DNA of 40,821 nucleotides. It comes from Vicinamibacteria bacterium (GTDB taxonomy: Bacteria; Acidobacteriota; Vicinamibacteria; Vicinamibacterales; CAVVIG01). Where the stretch lies: contig JBGPJH010000001.1 in assembly GCA_041485305.1 (NCBI GenBank), positions 1-40,821 of the forward strand, written 5' to 3'. Shown one piece after another: positions 6,311 to 14,930 of the stretch (position 1 is its first letter; each line of letters begins with the position of its first letter). A program made the position numbers and the translations under genes. The notes under the pieces are model-generated. The model searched no databases. It saw only the letters and a list, made by a program, of their open reading frames with translations, and was not told the DNA's origin.

Positions 6311-8517
6311 AACCTTCCAGACGGCTTGCCAGCGGCGCGTTGGTCGGGCTGTTTCTCGGATTCCACCTCTCGTTTCTGCCGAGGTCTCTGGAAGATCTCG
6401 ATTCCATCAATCTTGCTTTGGGCGTGCGCGACTTCGACGTCGCCCGTCACCAGCCACACCCGCCTGGCTATCCCGCATTCATCGCCGCCGCACGAGCTGT
6501 GCAGTTTGTCGTCCCTACCGAGACGCAGGCGCTGTGCGTGGCGAGTGCCCTCGCGGGTGGCTTCGCCGTCGCGGTCATGATGGTGCTGTTCCGTAAGCTG
6601 AATCGCGATCGAGAGGACGAGCCGACGCTATGGACGGCGACCGTCATTGCGGCGACCTGTCCGCTCTTCTGGCTGACCGCCGCTCGGCCCATGAGCGACA
6701 TGGCCGGGCTCGCCGCCGCGGTGGCGGTTCAGGGGTTGATCTTGTCCGGACGAACGGTCCGGTCTCTTGGAGTGGCCGCGCTCTTGGCGGCGGGCGCTGC
6801 CGGCATCCGATCGCAGGTCGCGTGGCTGACATTCCCATTGCTGGTTCACGGAGTCGCTCGTCTCTCTGCGTCGGATCGGACCAGGGCAACCCCAGCCGTT
6901 CTCGCCGGCTTGGCGGGGGGAGTTCTTGCCTGGCTCCTGCCGGTCGTCATCGATTCGGGCGGAGCGCGCCCCTATTGGCAGGCGCTCGTCAATCAAGGCA
7001 GTGAAGACCTGGTCGGTGTGGTGATGTTGGCAACATCGCCGACGCTTCGCCACCTCCTGCAGGCTCTAGGACACCTCTTCGTTGCCCCGTGGGGTTATCC
7101 CTCGATAGCAGCTGTCGTCCTGGTATTTGCGTCCTTGGGTGTCCTTCGGATGTATCGGCGAACGCCGGCTGGGCTTTCAATCCTGTTGACGGCCTTCGGG
7201 CCCTACTTCCTGTTCTGCCTCCTGTTCCAGGAGACCGCCACGACGCGGTATGCGCTGCCGCTGGTGGTGCCGGTCGCCTACTTGGCGGCTCGCGGCTTGT
7301 CGATGATCCCTAGCCCCGCGGCGGCGTTGGCCGCGGCCGCAATTGCGCTATCGTGCATCGTCATCGATGCCAGAACGCTGTATGCCTATTCGTTGATGGA
7401 GGCACCGGCCTTCCGAATGCTCGGCGACATGACCCGAGCTGCGCGTTCGGATCCCACCTCGCCGGTCAGGCCCGTGCTCGCGATGCATCGCCGCGACGAA
7501 CTCGACATGCGCCGGCCAATTCAATGGGTCGGTGACCAGATGCCCCCACTCGAACGGCATCTGGCTACGACTGCCAAACACGAGTGGCTGGAACTCGTCC
7601 GGTACTGGAACGCCGGTGGTCGGACTCAAGTGTGGTTCGTGGCCGACCCCTTGCGGAGCGACCTGGCGTTGGTTCGCAGCCAGCGGCGCCCGGTGCAGTA
7701 CCGATGGGGGTTCGATGCCAGCAACCTCCTGGGTGGGGTGCGGCCGAACGAGATGGACTGGCACACGATTGATCCGCCCGATTGGTACCTCGGAGAGGGT
7801 TGGGCCCTCACGCCTGAGACAGCCGGGATAGCGAGAGAGGACGGCCGCGGTCCCGGACGCGGGCCGATCACCGGTTGGGTTCGCCGGTGGTCGGGCATGG
7901 TCAACGTGATGATCGGCGGTCGCAACCTGACGCGCTCGGGCGCGGTTGCCCGGGTTCGGATCGCGATCGACGGGAGCCCGATCGACGACCTCATCGTCCA
8001 GCCCGGGTTCTTCCTGCGGATGTGGTCCGTTCCGACGCCACCGGGTTCCGGCGATTACGCGACGATCACCATCACGTCGGACAGCGAAGACCTCGCTATC
8101 GAACAGTTTGACGCTCAGCCGGACGACCGGCTGATGTTCGGTTTCGGCGAAGGGTGGCACGAGCAGGAATACAACCCGGCCACCGGCGTGTTGTGGCGGT
8201 GGTCCAGTGACCGTGCGGTGATTCACGTACGGTCTGGCGGGCATTCGGCAGCGCTGTCGATCCGCGGCGAGCTTGAAGCGGCATCGACATCTCGCGTCAC
8301 GGTTCGCGCCGGCGATCGGGAGGTCGCCTCGTTCGACGTCGACCGCGTCTTCGCGAAGACCACCGTCATTCCGGCCGCGCTCCTCGGTGGACCGGCACCT
8401 ACGATTACGATCGAAAGCAGTGCGTCGTACGTCCCTGCGGAGAGACGCCGGCGCTCGGCCGATCGCCGGCGTCTTGCGTTGAAGCTCCAGGAGTGCCGCG
8501 TCACGCCGGCTTCCTAG
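6307..8517 (+). CDS. GT-C fold membrane glycosyltransferase (DUF2723 / PMT_2 / ArnT-like) with a large C-terminal soluble domain
   Basis: The first loop carries acidic EDLDS followed by HPPGYP, which is typical of DUF2723/GT39-like GT-C enzymes. Multiple hydrophobic helices run to about aa 400, followed by about 330 aa with no motif I recognise. The start is set at GTG 6307, overlapping the larE stop (GTGA). The ORF-track Met at 6115 would overlap larE by about 200 nt. Confidence 0.7.
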   Translation: MKPSRRLASGALVGLFLGFHLSFLPRSLEDLDSINLALGVRDFDVARHQPHPPGYPAFIAAARAVQFVVPTETQALCVASALAGGFAVAVMMVLFRKLNRDREDEPTLWTATVIAATCPLFWLTAARPMSDMAGLAAAVAVQGLILSGRTVRSLGVAALLAAGAAGIRSQVAWLTFPLLVHGVARLSASDRTRATPAVLAGLAGGVLAWLLPVVIDSGGARPYWQALVNQGSEDLVGVVMLATSPTLRHLLQALGHLFVAPWGYPSIAAVVLVFASLGVLRMYRRTPAGLSILLTAFGPYFLFCLLFQETATTRYALPLVVPVAYLAARGLSMIPSPAAALAAAAIALSCIVIDARTLYAYSLMEAPAFRMLGDMTRAARSDPTSPVRPVLAMHRRDELDMRRPIQWVGDQMPPLERHLATTAKHEWLELVRYWNAGGRTQVWFVADPLRSDLALVRSQRRPVQYRWGFDASNLLGGVRPNEMDWHTIDPPDWYLGEGWALTPETAGIAREDGRGPGRGPITGWVRRWSGMVNVMIGGRNLTRSGAVARVRIAIDGSPIDDLIVQPGFFLRMWSVPTPPGSGDYATITITSDSEDLAIEQFDAQPDDRLMFGFGEGWHEQEYNPATGVLWRWSSDRAVIHVRSGGHSAALSIRGELEAASTSRVTVRAGDREVASFDVDRVFAKTTVIPAALLGGPAPTITIESSASYVPAERRRRSADRRRLALKLQECRVTPAS

Positions 8518-9247
8518 CCAGGCACAGCAGCGAGCTGCCGAAAGGGTTAGCGGCCCACTGGACCCAAAGGCTCTCGAGGCGCAAGGCGGCGGTGAGCGCG
8601 ATATTGAGAGGCGCCGGTGGCACACGAATCTCCTGGTCGGCGGACTCTTCAGGCCGCAGGCCGCGCCAGCGCTGCACCGCTCGCACGACGGCCATCGGTG
8701 GCAAGAGTACGGCATTCGTGTAGGTGATTCGAACGATGGCCAAACCGACGCTGGTGAGCAGTCGCTCGAGCGATGGGCGACTGTATCGGCGGCGTTCCCG
8801 GCTGAGGACCGAATGGTCGCCGTGCAACGACTCCATGGCGGCCACGTTGACCAGCACGTGCCCGCCCGGTCGCGCGACGCGGTACATCTCGGCAGCGGCG
8901 GCGCGCTCGTCGCGTTCGTCGAGCGTGACGAGCACATCGAACGACGTCACGACATCAAAGGCGTTGCTCGGAAACGGGATGGCCGCCACGGTGGCCTGCG
9001 CCAGGCGTGTCCGCCCGGCTTCGCGGCCGATTCGGAGGCCCACCGCGGTGAGGTCGAACCCGTACGCCCGCCCAAACTTGCCCAGAAGTTCCAGATTATT
9101 GCCGGTGCCGCAGCCGCAATCGAGCAGAAGCGGGTATGCTAGGCCTGTCGTTGCCTGGCGCAGGAGGGGCGTGACGAAGTAGCGAAAGCCCCGGAACCAG
9201 AAATGCTGCGCCTCAGCGCGTGCGGTCGCTCGAAGCAGATACTCCAC
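8501..9247 (-). CDS. Class I SAM-dependent methyltransferase
   Basis: SAM-binding motif I LLDCGCGTGNN and post-I GFDL. The size is typical of the Methyltransf_11/25 families. It converges on the GT-C gene with a 17-bp overlap. Confidence 0.85.
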   Translation of the reverse strand: MEYLLRATARAEAQHFWFRGFRYFVTPLLRQATTGLAYPLLLDCGCGTGNNLELLGKFGRAYGFDLTAVGLRIGREAGRTRLAQATVAAIPFPSNAFDVVTSFDVLVTLDERDERAAAAEMYRVARPGGHVLVNVAAMESLHGDHSVLSRERRRYSRPSLERLLTSVGLAIVRITYTNAVLLPPMAVVRAVQRWRGLRPEESADQEIRVPPAPLNIALTAALRLESLWVQWAANPFGSSLLCLARKPA

Positions 9248-9275
9248 GCGCCGAATTGTATCGTGGGCACCTTGA

Positions 9276-9304
9276 TTGACACCGGCGCAGCACGCTTTGT
9301 AAGC
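9276..9304 (+). promoter_or_regulatory. Candidate sigma70 promoter for pal (TTGACA, about 18 nt spacer, TAAGCT)
   Basis: A perfect -35 TTGACA at 9276-9281 and a weak -10-like TAAGCT around 9300-9305, read directly. Confidence 0.3.
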
Positions 9305-9330
9305 TGCGCACCTCCACGAGGAGTGTGACG

Positions 9331-9915
9331 ATGACTCGCGTTCGAATCTTTGCGTCGGTTGTCGCGCTGGCGACAGTGCTCATCCTGGTCGGCTGCGCGA
9401 AGAAGGTTCCGCCGCCAGCGCCTGCGCCGCCGCCGCCGCCGGCGGCGGCGGTGCCGACCCCCCCGCCGCCACCACCACCCCCGCCGCCCCCGCCGCCCCC
9501 GGCGCCGGCGCGAGCCCCGGCGCCGCCGACCGAGGACGAGCTTTTCGCGCGGAAGTCGCTGGCGCAGCTCAACGCGGAGCGGCCGCTCGACGACGTCTTC
9601 TTCGATCTGGATAAGTCAGTCATTCGAGACGACGGACGCCCTGCGCTACAGAAAGGCGCCGATTGGATGAAACGGTGGACGAGCACTCAAATCACCGTCG
9701 AGGGTCACTGCGATTCGCGCGGTAGCTCCGAGTACAACCTGGCGCTCGGGAATCGCCGAGCGTCGGCCGTCAAAGACTATCTGGTCAACCTGGGCGTTCC
9801 GGCGAGTCGCGTCGTCCTTGTCAGCAAGGGGAAGGAACAACCCTTCTGCAGAGACGAAAACGAGTCCTGCTGGCAGCAGAACCGACGCGGCCATTTCATC
9901 ATCACGGCGAAGTAG
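9331..9915 (+). CDS. pal: Peptidoglycan-associated lipoprotein (Pal) / OmpA-family lipoprotein
   Basis: Lipobox LILVGC, a Pro/Ala-rich linker, and an OmpA_C domain (ITVEGHCDSRGSSEYNLALGNRRASAVKDYLVNLGV). ATG 9331 has GAGGAG 8 nt upstream. GTG 9325 is an alternative start. Confidence 0.9.
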   Translation: MTRVRIFASVVALATVLILVGCAKKVPPPAPAPPPPPAAAVPTPPPPPPPPPPPPPPAPARAPAPPTEDELFARKSLAQLNAERPLDDVFFDLDKSVIRDDGRPALQKGADWMKRWTSTQITVEGHCDSRGSSEYNLALGNRRASAVKDYLVNLGVPASRVVLVSKGKEQPFCRDENESCWQQNRRGHFIITAK

Positions 9916-9951
9916 CGCCTCGGGCCGTCACGGTCGGTGAGGTAGATGGAT

Positions 9952-9972
9952 AGACACCCAGGGCCGGTGTCT
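9952..9972. terminator. Weak hairpin between the convergent pal and glutaredoxin-like genes
   Basis: AGACACC-cagggcc-GGTGTCT gives a 7-bp stem and a 7-nt loop. There is no clear U-tract. Confidence 0.25.
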
Positions 9973-10237
9973 ACCCGTCCGCCTCACCAGCCCCACCGGC
10001 CCTGCCCCTCAGAATCCTTCGCAGCGTCTCCTCGGTGACGCGATACTTCGCCGCCTTCTTTCCGTCGATGATCAGAACAGGAATCTGCTGTCCGTAGAGG
10101 CCCTCCAGCCCCGGATCGGTTGAGATGTCGATGTCCTCGATGACGAGCGGCATCGACAGGGCCAGCCGCCCGACGACAGCTTTCATCTCGTCGCACAAGT
10201 GACAGCCCGGACGGGAATAGATCTGGATGTGCGTCAT
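9971..10237 (-). CDS. Glutaredoxin-like (thioredoxin-fold, CxxC) small protein
   Basis: IQIYSRPGCHLCDEMK has the CxxC motif in a Grx/DUF836-like context, followed by IPVLIIDGK. The start overlaps the pyrD stop (ATGA at 10234-10237). Confidence 0.8.
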   Translation of the reverse strand: MTHIQIYSRPGCHLCDEMKAVVGRLALSMPLVIEDIDISTDPGLEGLYGQQIPVLIIDGKKAAKYRVTEETLRRILRGRAGGAGEADG

Positions 10238-11145
10238 TGCGTGTCGAGGGCGCCAACGATGTCGACAATGCGGCCGATGGCGTGCCGCTGCATGTACGCG
10301 GTGATTCCATCGAGCAGTTTCGGCCAGATGAACGGGTCGACGAAGTTGGCCGTGCCGACTTGGACCGCAGTGGCGCCCGCGATGATGAATTCGAGCGCGT
10401 CGCGAGCGTCTGTGATGCCACCCATGCCGATAATCGGGATCTTCACCCTCTCATAGCATTCATTCACCATGCGGACGGCGATCGGGCGGATTGCCGGGCC
10501 GCTCAGACCGCCCACAACGTTTGAGATCTTCGGTCGGCGCGTTTCGACGTCGATCGCCATCGCCAGGAAGGTGTTCACCAGCGACACCGCATCGGCGCCG
10601 GCCTCTTCTGCCGCGCGTGCGAACGAGGCGACGTCGGTGACGTTGGGCGTCAATTTTGGGATGAGTGGCAGACTTGTGACCTTGCGGACGGCGCTCACGA
10701 CATCGTATGTGCCGGTCAGGCTGCATCCGAACTGAATGCCCCCCTCTTTGATATTGGGACACGAGATGTTGAGCTCGATGGCTGCGACACCTTCCGCGTC
10801 GGCCAGGATGCGCGACACCTCGACGTACTCGTCCAAGGTCGTTCCGCACACGTTGACAATGACCGTGGCGCGCCGTGCCCGCAGCTCGGGCAGCTTCTCT
10901 TCAACGAAACGCCGAACACCGATACCCTGGAGACCGATCGCGTTCAGCATGCCCGCCGGCGTTTCGACGATGCGCGGAGAGGGGTGGCCCTCGCGTTCGC
11001 TGAGAAACAAGCCCTTCACGGCAACGCCGCCGAGCGATGAGAGATCGACAAGATCGGCGTACTCGACGCCATAGCCGAAGCAGCCGCTCGCCGCGATCAC
11101 GGGATTCCGTAGCGTCAACGGACCGATTCGAACGGAAAGATCCAT
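10234..11145 (-). CDS. pyrD: Dihydroorotate dehydrogenase B, catalytic subunit
   Basis: MDLSVRIGPLTLRNPVIAASGCFGYG..., ELNISCPN, GGLSGPAIRPIA and IIGMGGI are class 1B DHODH motifs. The start is at the internal Met (11145). The long upstream extension in the ORF track overlaps pyrK. Confidence 0.93.
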   Translation of the reverse strand: MDLSVRIGPLTLRNPVIAASGCFGYGVEYADLVDLSSLGGVAVKGLFLSEREGHPSPRIVETPAGMLNAIGLQGIGVRRFVEEKLPELRARRATVIVNVCGTTLDEYVEVSRILADAEGVAAIELNISCPNIKEGGIQFGCSLTGTYDVVSAVRKVTSLPLIPKLTPNVTDVASFARAAEEAGADAVSLVNTFLAMAIDVETRRPKISNVVGGLSGPAIRPIAVRMVNECYERVKIPIIGMGGITDARDALEFIIAGATAVQVGTANFVDPFIWPKLLDGITAYMQRHAIGRIVDIVGALDTQ

Positions 11146-11156
11146 CGTGGCGATTT

Positions 11157-11969
11157 CTAGTCCCAGAGAATCTGACCCGCGTCGAGTACCGGTCCGGTCA
11201 GGCAGGAGCGGACGTGATGGAAACCCCCTCGAGGGTTGCGGATGGGAACCACGCAGCTGTAACACCCGCCCGTCCCGCAGCCCATGATTCGTTCGACCGA
11301 CACCTGACATGGTCGAGCGAAGCGGCCGGCGGCCTTCGCGGCCGCCGCCAGCATGCCTTCCGGACCGCAGGCGTAGATCGTGACGGGTTCCTCGGCCGGT
11401 CGACTGGCGAGGTGGCGCTCGAGCGGTGCGACGATTCGCCCTTGTTCGCCTGCGCTGCCGTCCTCGGTGGTGAGCAAGAGCGCCACGCCGAGGGATCGAA
11501 AGAAGTCCAGGTGGAATAGCTCCGAGGCCCGGCGCGCCCCGTAGAAGAGGGTGGTCGACACGCCGCCTGTGCGCAGGACGCGCGCGAGCTCGGCAAACGG
11601 TGCCAGGCCGACGCCACCCGCAACCATCCAGGCTTCGCAAGGCGGGCCCACGAGCGTGAAGGGTTGTCCCAGCGGTCCAAGGCAGGCCACGCGCTGACCT
11701 CGCCGTGCGGCGTACAACAGCCCGGTCGACACGCCGATGGATTTGTTCAAAATCGAGATGCCGGTCGACCGTCCCGTCGCGTCGCGCAGCACCTCGAAGA
11801 TCGAAAACGGGCGGCGCAGCAGCGGGTCGTGACCGGTGGCAGTCTTGAGCATCACGAACTGCCCCGGAGCGGCCGACGCGGCGATATCTGGCGCCGACAA
11901 CGCCAGCACGTTGTAATCGCTCGACAGCGGAGTGTTGGCGATCACTTCCGCTGTGATGTCGGACGGCAT
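11157..11969 (-). CDS. pyrK: Dihydroorotate dehydrogenase B electron-transfer subunit (FAD / 2Fe-2S)
   Basis: PGQFVMLK and RRPFSI (FAD binding), plus a C-terminal Cys cluster [11 protein letters not shown]. It lies immediately upstream of pyrD. The start is chosen at ATG 11969. GTG 12059 is possible but would run into the pyrR promoter region. Confidence 0.88.
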   Translation of the reverse strand: MPSDITAEVIANTPLSSDYNVLALSAPDIAASAAPGQFVMLKTATGHDPLLRRPFSIFEVLRDATGRSTGISILNKSIGVSTGLLYAARRGQRVACLGPLGQPFTLVGPPCEAWMVAGGVGLAPFAELARVLRTGGVSTTLFYGARRASELFHLDFFRSLGVALLLTTEDGSAGEQGRIVAPLERHLASRPAEEPVTIYACGPEGMLAAAAKAAGRFARPCQVSVERIMGCGTGGCYSCVVPIRNPRGGFHHVRSCLTGPVLDAGQILWD

Positions 11970-12061
11970 CGCGGCAGTATACTGCACGACACCGGGGCAC
12001 TCGGCGGCCTCAGGTGCCTGCGATCTGAGGTCTGCGATCTCGTGTATACTCGTATTCACTC

Positions 12062-12093
12062 TTTAACACAGCCCGAGAGGCTGCGAAGAGGTG
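12062..12093 (+). promoter_or_regulatory. PyrR-binding RNA element (pyr leader binding loop)
   Basis: UUUAACACAGCCCGAGAGGCUGCGAAGAGG matches the conserved PyrR binding loop (..UUUAA..CAGAGAGGCUG..AAGAGG). A CAGCC/GGCUG stem flanks the purine-rich loop. It lies about 90 nt upstream of the pyrR ATG. Confidence 0.7.
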
Positions 12094-12179
12094 CACATGC
12101 CAATCGTCACGCGCGCTCCCCACCTACCTCGTTGCATCCCTCCACGATCCGGTCAGCCAGATTTTCCCGGAGCCCCGCG

Positions 12180-12710
12180 ATGGCTGTCGTAATGGACGCG
12201 GATCGCATGGGCCGCACGCTCACTCGTATTGCACACGAGATCCTCGAGCGCAACCGCGGAGGCGAGGATCTGGCGCTTGTCGGCATCAGGACGCGGGGTG
12301 TGCCGCTCGCGAAGCGACTGGCCGCCACGATTCGAAGCATCAACCACCTCGAAGTGCCGACCGGGGCGCTCGACATCACGCTGTACCGAGACGACCTGAT
12401 GCGCCACCCGATCGGCGCCCAACCCCTCGTCCGCAGCACGGACATCCCGTTCTCGATCGACGACAAGCGCATTCTTCTGGTCGACGATGTGCTGTACACG
12501 GGCCGGACGATTCGCGCCGCGCTCGATGCGCTGATCGAGTTCGGGCGGCCCAGGGCGATTCAACTCGTCGTGCTCGTGGATCGCGGGCATCGCGAACTGC
12601 CGATCAAGGCCGACTACGTCGGGAAGAACCTGCCGACGTCGGAGTCTCTGAGCGTGCAGGTTCACCTGCTGGAGATCGACGGCCGCGACGAGGTGGAGAT
12701 CCGGGAATGA
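12180..12710 (+). CDS. pyrR: Bifunctional pyrimidine operon regulator / uracil phosphoribosyltransferase PyrR
   Basis: [14 protein letters not shown]...[12 protein letters not shown]...DITLYRDD...[18 protein letters not shown] are PyrR signatures. GGAG lies 7 nt upstream of the ATG at 12180. Confidence 0.93.
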   Translation: MAVVMDADRMGRTLTRIAHEILERNRGGEDLALVGIRTRGVPLAKRLAATIRSINHLEVPTGALDITLYRDDLMRHPIGAQPLVRSTDIPFSIDDKRILLVDDVLYTGRTIRAALDALIEFGRPRAIQLVVLVDRGHRELPIKADYVGKNLPTSESLSVQVHLLEIDGRDEVEIRE

Positions 12711-13636
12711 AGAAGGATCTGCTTGGCATCGACGACCTGTCGCCGGACGAGATCCAGTTGATTCTCAAGACGGCCGAAGCCATGCGCGAGATCGGCGAGC
12801 GGCCCATCAAGAAGGTTCCGACGCTGCGTGGCAAGACGATCGTGAACCTGTTCTACGAGCCCAGCACCCGCACGCGGACGTCCTTTGAGATTGCGGAGAA
12901 GCGGCTCAGCGCAGACACGCTCAACATTGCTGTCGCCTCATCGAGCGTGCTCAAGGGCGAGACGCTGGCCGATACCGCCATGAACATCGAGGCCATGGCG
13001 CCAGACATGATTGTGCTGCGTCATGCGTCGTCGGGCGCGTGCCACCTGCTGTCGCGCATCTGCCGCTCACGGATTATCAATGCCGGCGACGGAATGCATG
13101 AGCACCCAACGCAAGCCCTGCTCGATGCGTTTACGATCCGCCAGCACAAGTCGACCATCGAGGGCCTGAAAGTGGCGATCGTGGGTGATCTCCTGCATAG
13201 CCGCGTGCTGCGTTCGAACGTGCTGCTCTTGACGAGGCTCGGAGCGGACGTTTGGGTGAGCGGTCCGCCAACGCTCGTGCCCCGCGGAATCGAGCGGCTC
13301 GGCGTGCGGGTGGCGTCGTCGGTCGACGTGGCCGTCGCGGACGCCGACGTCGTGATGCTGCTGCGCATCCAGCAGGAACGCATGCTGGGCGCATTTTTTC
13401 CATCCCTGCGTGAATACTTCAACGTGTTCGGAATGACCGTCGAGCGGGTCCGGCGGGCGAAGCCCGATGTCATCATCATGCATCCCGGACCCATGAATCG
13501 GGGTGTCGAGATCGCCTCCGAGGTGGCCGACGGTCCCTATTCCGTCATTCTCGAGCAGGTGGCCAACGGCGTCGCCGTCCGGATGGCCGTGCTGTACCTC
13601 CTGGCGGGAGGAGTCGAGGATGAAGCGGCTGCTTAA
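12707..13636 (+). CDS. pyrB: Aspartate carbamoyltransferase catalytic subunit
   Basis: [13 protein letters not shown] (carbamoyl-phosphate site), HPTQALLD and HPGPMNRG. The ATGA start overlaps the pyrR stop. Confidence 0.95.
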   Translation: MKKDLLGIDDLSPDEIQLILKTAEAMREIGERPIKKVPTLRGKTIVNLFYEPSTRTRTSFEIAEKRLSADTLNIAVASSSVLKGETLADTAMNIEAMAPDMIVLRHASSGACHLLSRICRSRIINAGDGMHEHPTQALLDAFTIRQHKSTIEGLKVAIVGDLLHSRVLRSNVLLLTRLGADVWVSGPPTLVPRGIERLGVRVASSVDVAVADADVVMLLRIQQERMLGAFFPSLREYFNVFGMTVERVRRAKPDVIIMHPGPMNRGVEIASEVADGPYSVILEQVANGVAVRMAVLYLLAGGVEDEAAA

Positions 13637-14930
13637 AGGCGGACGTGTCGTCGACCCGGCGAACAATCGCGACGGTACCTTCGATGTATTGATCGAAGCG
13701 GGCCGGATCGCCCGCGTGGGCAAGGACCTCCCGATCGAACCCGGCACCTCCGTCGTGCTGATTCCAGAAGGGCTCGTCGTCTGTCCCGGCCTCATCGACA
13801 TGCACGTCCATTTGCGCGAGCCAGGGCAGGAGTACAAGGAGACGGTCGCCACCGGTACAGCGGCGGCGGTGGCAGGCGGCTTCACGGCCGTGGCCTGCAT
13901 GCCGAACACTTCGCCGGTCAACGACAACGCGGGAGTAACCGAGTACATCCTCAAGAAGGCAGCGGAGGCAAACCTGGCGCGTGTCTATCCGATCGGCGCC
14001 GTGTCGCGCGGTCAACAAGGCGAGCAGCTCGCCGACATCGCGGAGCTGCGCGAGGCCGGTTGCGTGGCGCTCTCCGACGACGGACGCCCGGTCGCGACGG
14101 CGTTGCTGATGCGCCGTGTGCTCGAGTACGCCCAGATGTTCGGCATGCCCGTCATCGAGCATTGCGAAGAGCAGACGCTCAAGGGCGCCGGCGTCGCACA
14201 CGAAGGCTTCCAGGCGTCGGCGCTCGGGCTGCACGGTATTCCCGGCGAAGCGGAGTCCATCATGGCGCTCCGCGATATCTCGCTTGCCGAGCTCACGGGA
14301 GGAAGCGTGCACATCGCGCACATGAGCGCCCGGCAGACACTCGATGCGGTGCGCTACGGTAAGGGGCGGGGTGCACATGTCACGTGCGAAGTGACACCGC
14401 ATCACTTCGTCCTCACCGACGACCGCCTGGGGTCGCCCGTGCCCTACGACACCAACCTCAAGATGAACCCGCCGCTTCGCGAAACTGTGGATCGTGATGC
14501 CATGCTGCAGGGGATCGCCGAGGGCAGCGTCGACGCAATTGCGACCGACCACGCGCCGCACCATTACGATGAGAAGCACGTCGAGTTCGATCGCGCTCCC
14601 TTCGGCATCACGGGGCTCGAAACGGCCGTCTCCCTGTGCCTGGACCGTTTAGTCCACACCGGCCTGATCTCGCTCGGACGCCTCGTCGAGCTGTTGTCGG
14701 TCAACCCCGCCCGGATCCTGCGGGTGTCCGGCGGATCGCTCGGCGAGGGTGACCCCGCCGACATCAGCCTGCTCGCCCCAGACCTCGTGGTCACCGTGTC
14801 GACGGCTACGATGCGGTCCCGGTCGAAGAACACGCCTTTCGAGGGGTGGCGGCTGCGGGGCGGCGTCGCGGCGACCATCGTCGGTGGCCGGGTCGTCTAC
14901 AGCCACCCCGATCTGAGGCTGGAGCTGTGA
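13620..14930 (+). CDS. pyrC: Dihydroorotase
   Basis: [13 protein letters not shown] (HxH metal site), TDHAPH, amidohydrolase fold. The start is at ATG 13620, preceded by GGAGGAG, and overlaps the pyrB end by 17 nt. Confidence 0.92.
   Translation: MKRLLKGGRVVDPANNRDGTFDVLIEAGRIARVGKDLPIEPGTSVVLIPEGLVVCPGLIDMHVHLREPGQEYKETVATGTAAAVAGGFTAVACMPNTSPVNDNAGVTEYILKKAAEANLARVYPIGAVSRGQQGEQLADIAELREAGCVALSDDGRPVATALLMRRVLEYAQMFGMPVIEHCEEQTLKGAGVAHEGFQASALGLHGIPGEAESIMALRDISLAELTGGSVHIAHMSARQTLDAVRYGKGRGAHVTCEVTPHHFVLTDDRLGSPVPYDTNLKMNPPLRETVDRDAMLQGIAEGSVDAIATDHAPHHYDEKHVEFDRAPFGITGLETAVSLCLDRLVHTGLISLGRLVELLSVNPARILRVSGGSLGEGDPADISLLAPDLVVTVSTATMRSRSKNTPFEGWRLRGGVAATIVGGRVVYSHPDLRLEL

Noticed and set aside
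7348-8937. A 529-aa minus-strand ORF antisense to the GT-C gene and overlapping the methyltransferase region.
   Set aside because: Same reasoning. It is an Arg/Pro/Ala-rich shadow ORF that overlaps better-supported genes on both sides.
9350-9670. An alternative-frame ORF with a poly-Arg run, and the minus-strand poly-Gly ORF (9213-9686), over the pal linker.
   Set aside because: These are frame-shifted readings of the CCG/CCC proline-codon tract. The pal frame has the lipobox and the OmpA domain, and the alternatives have no supporting features.
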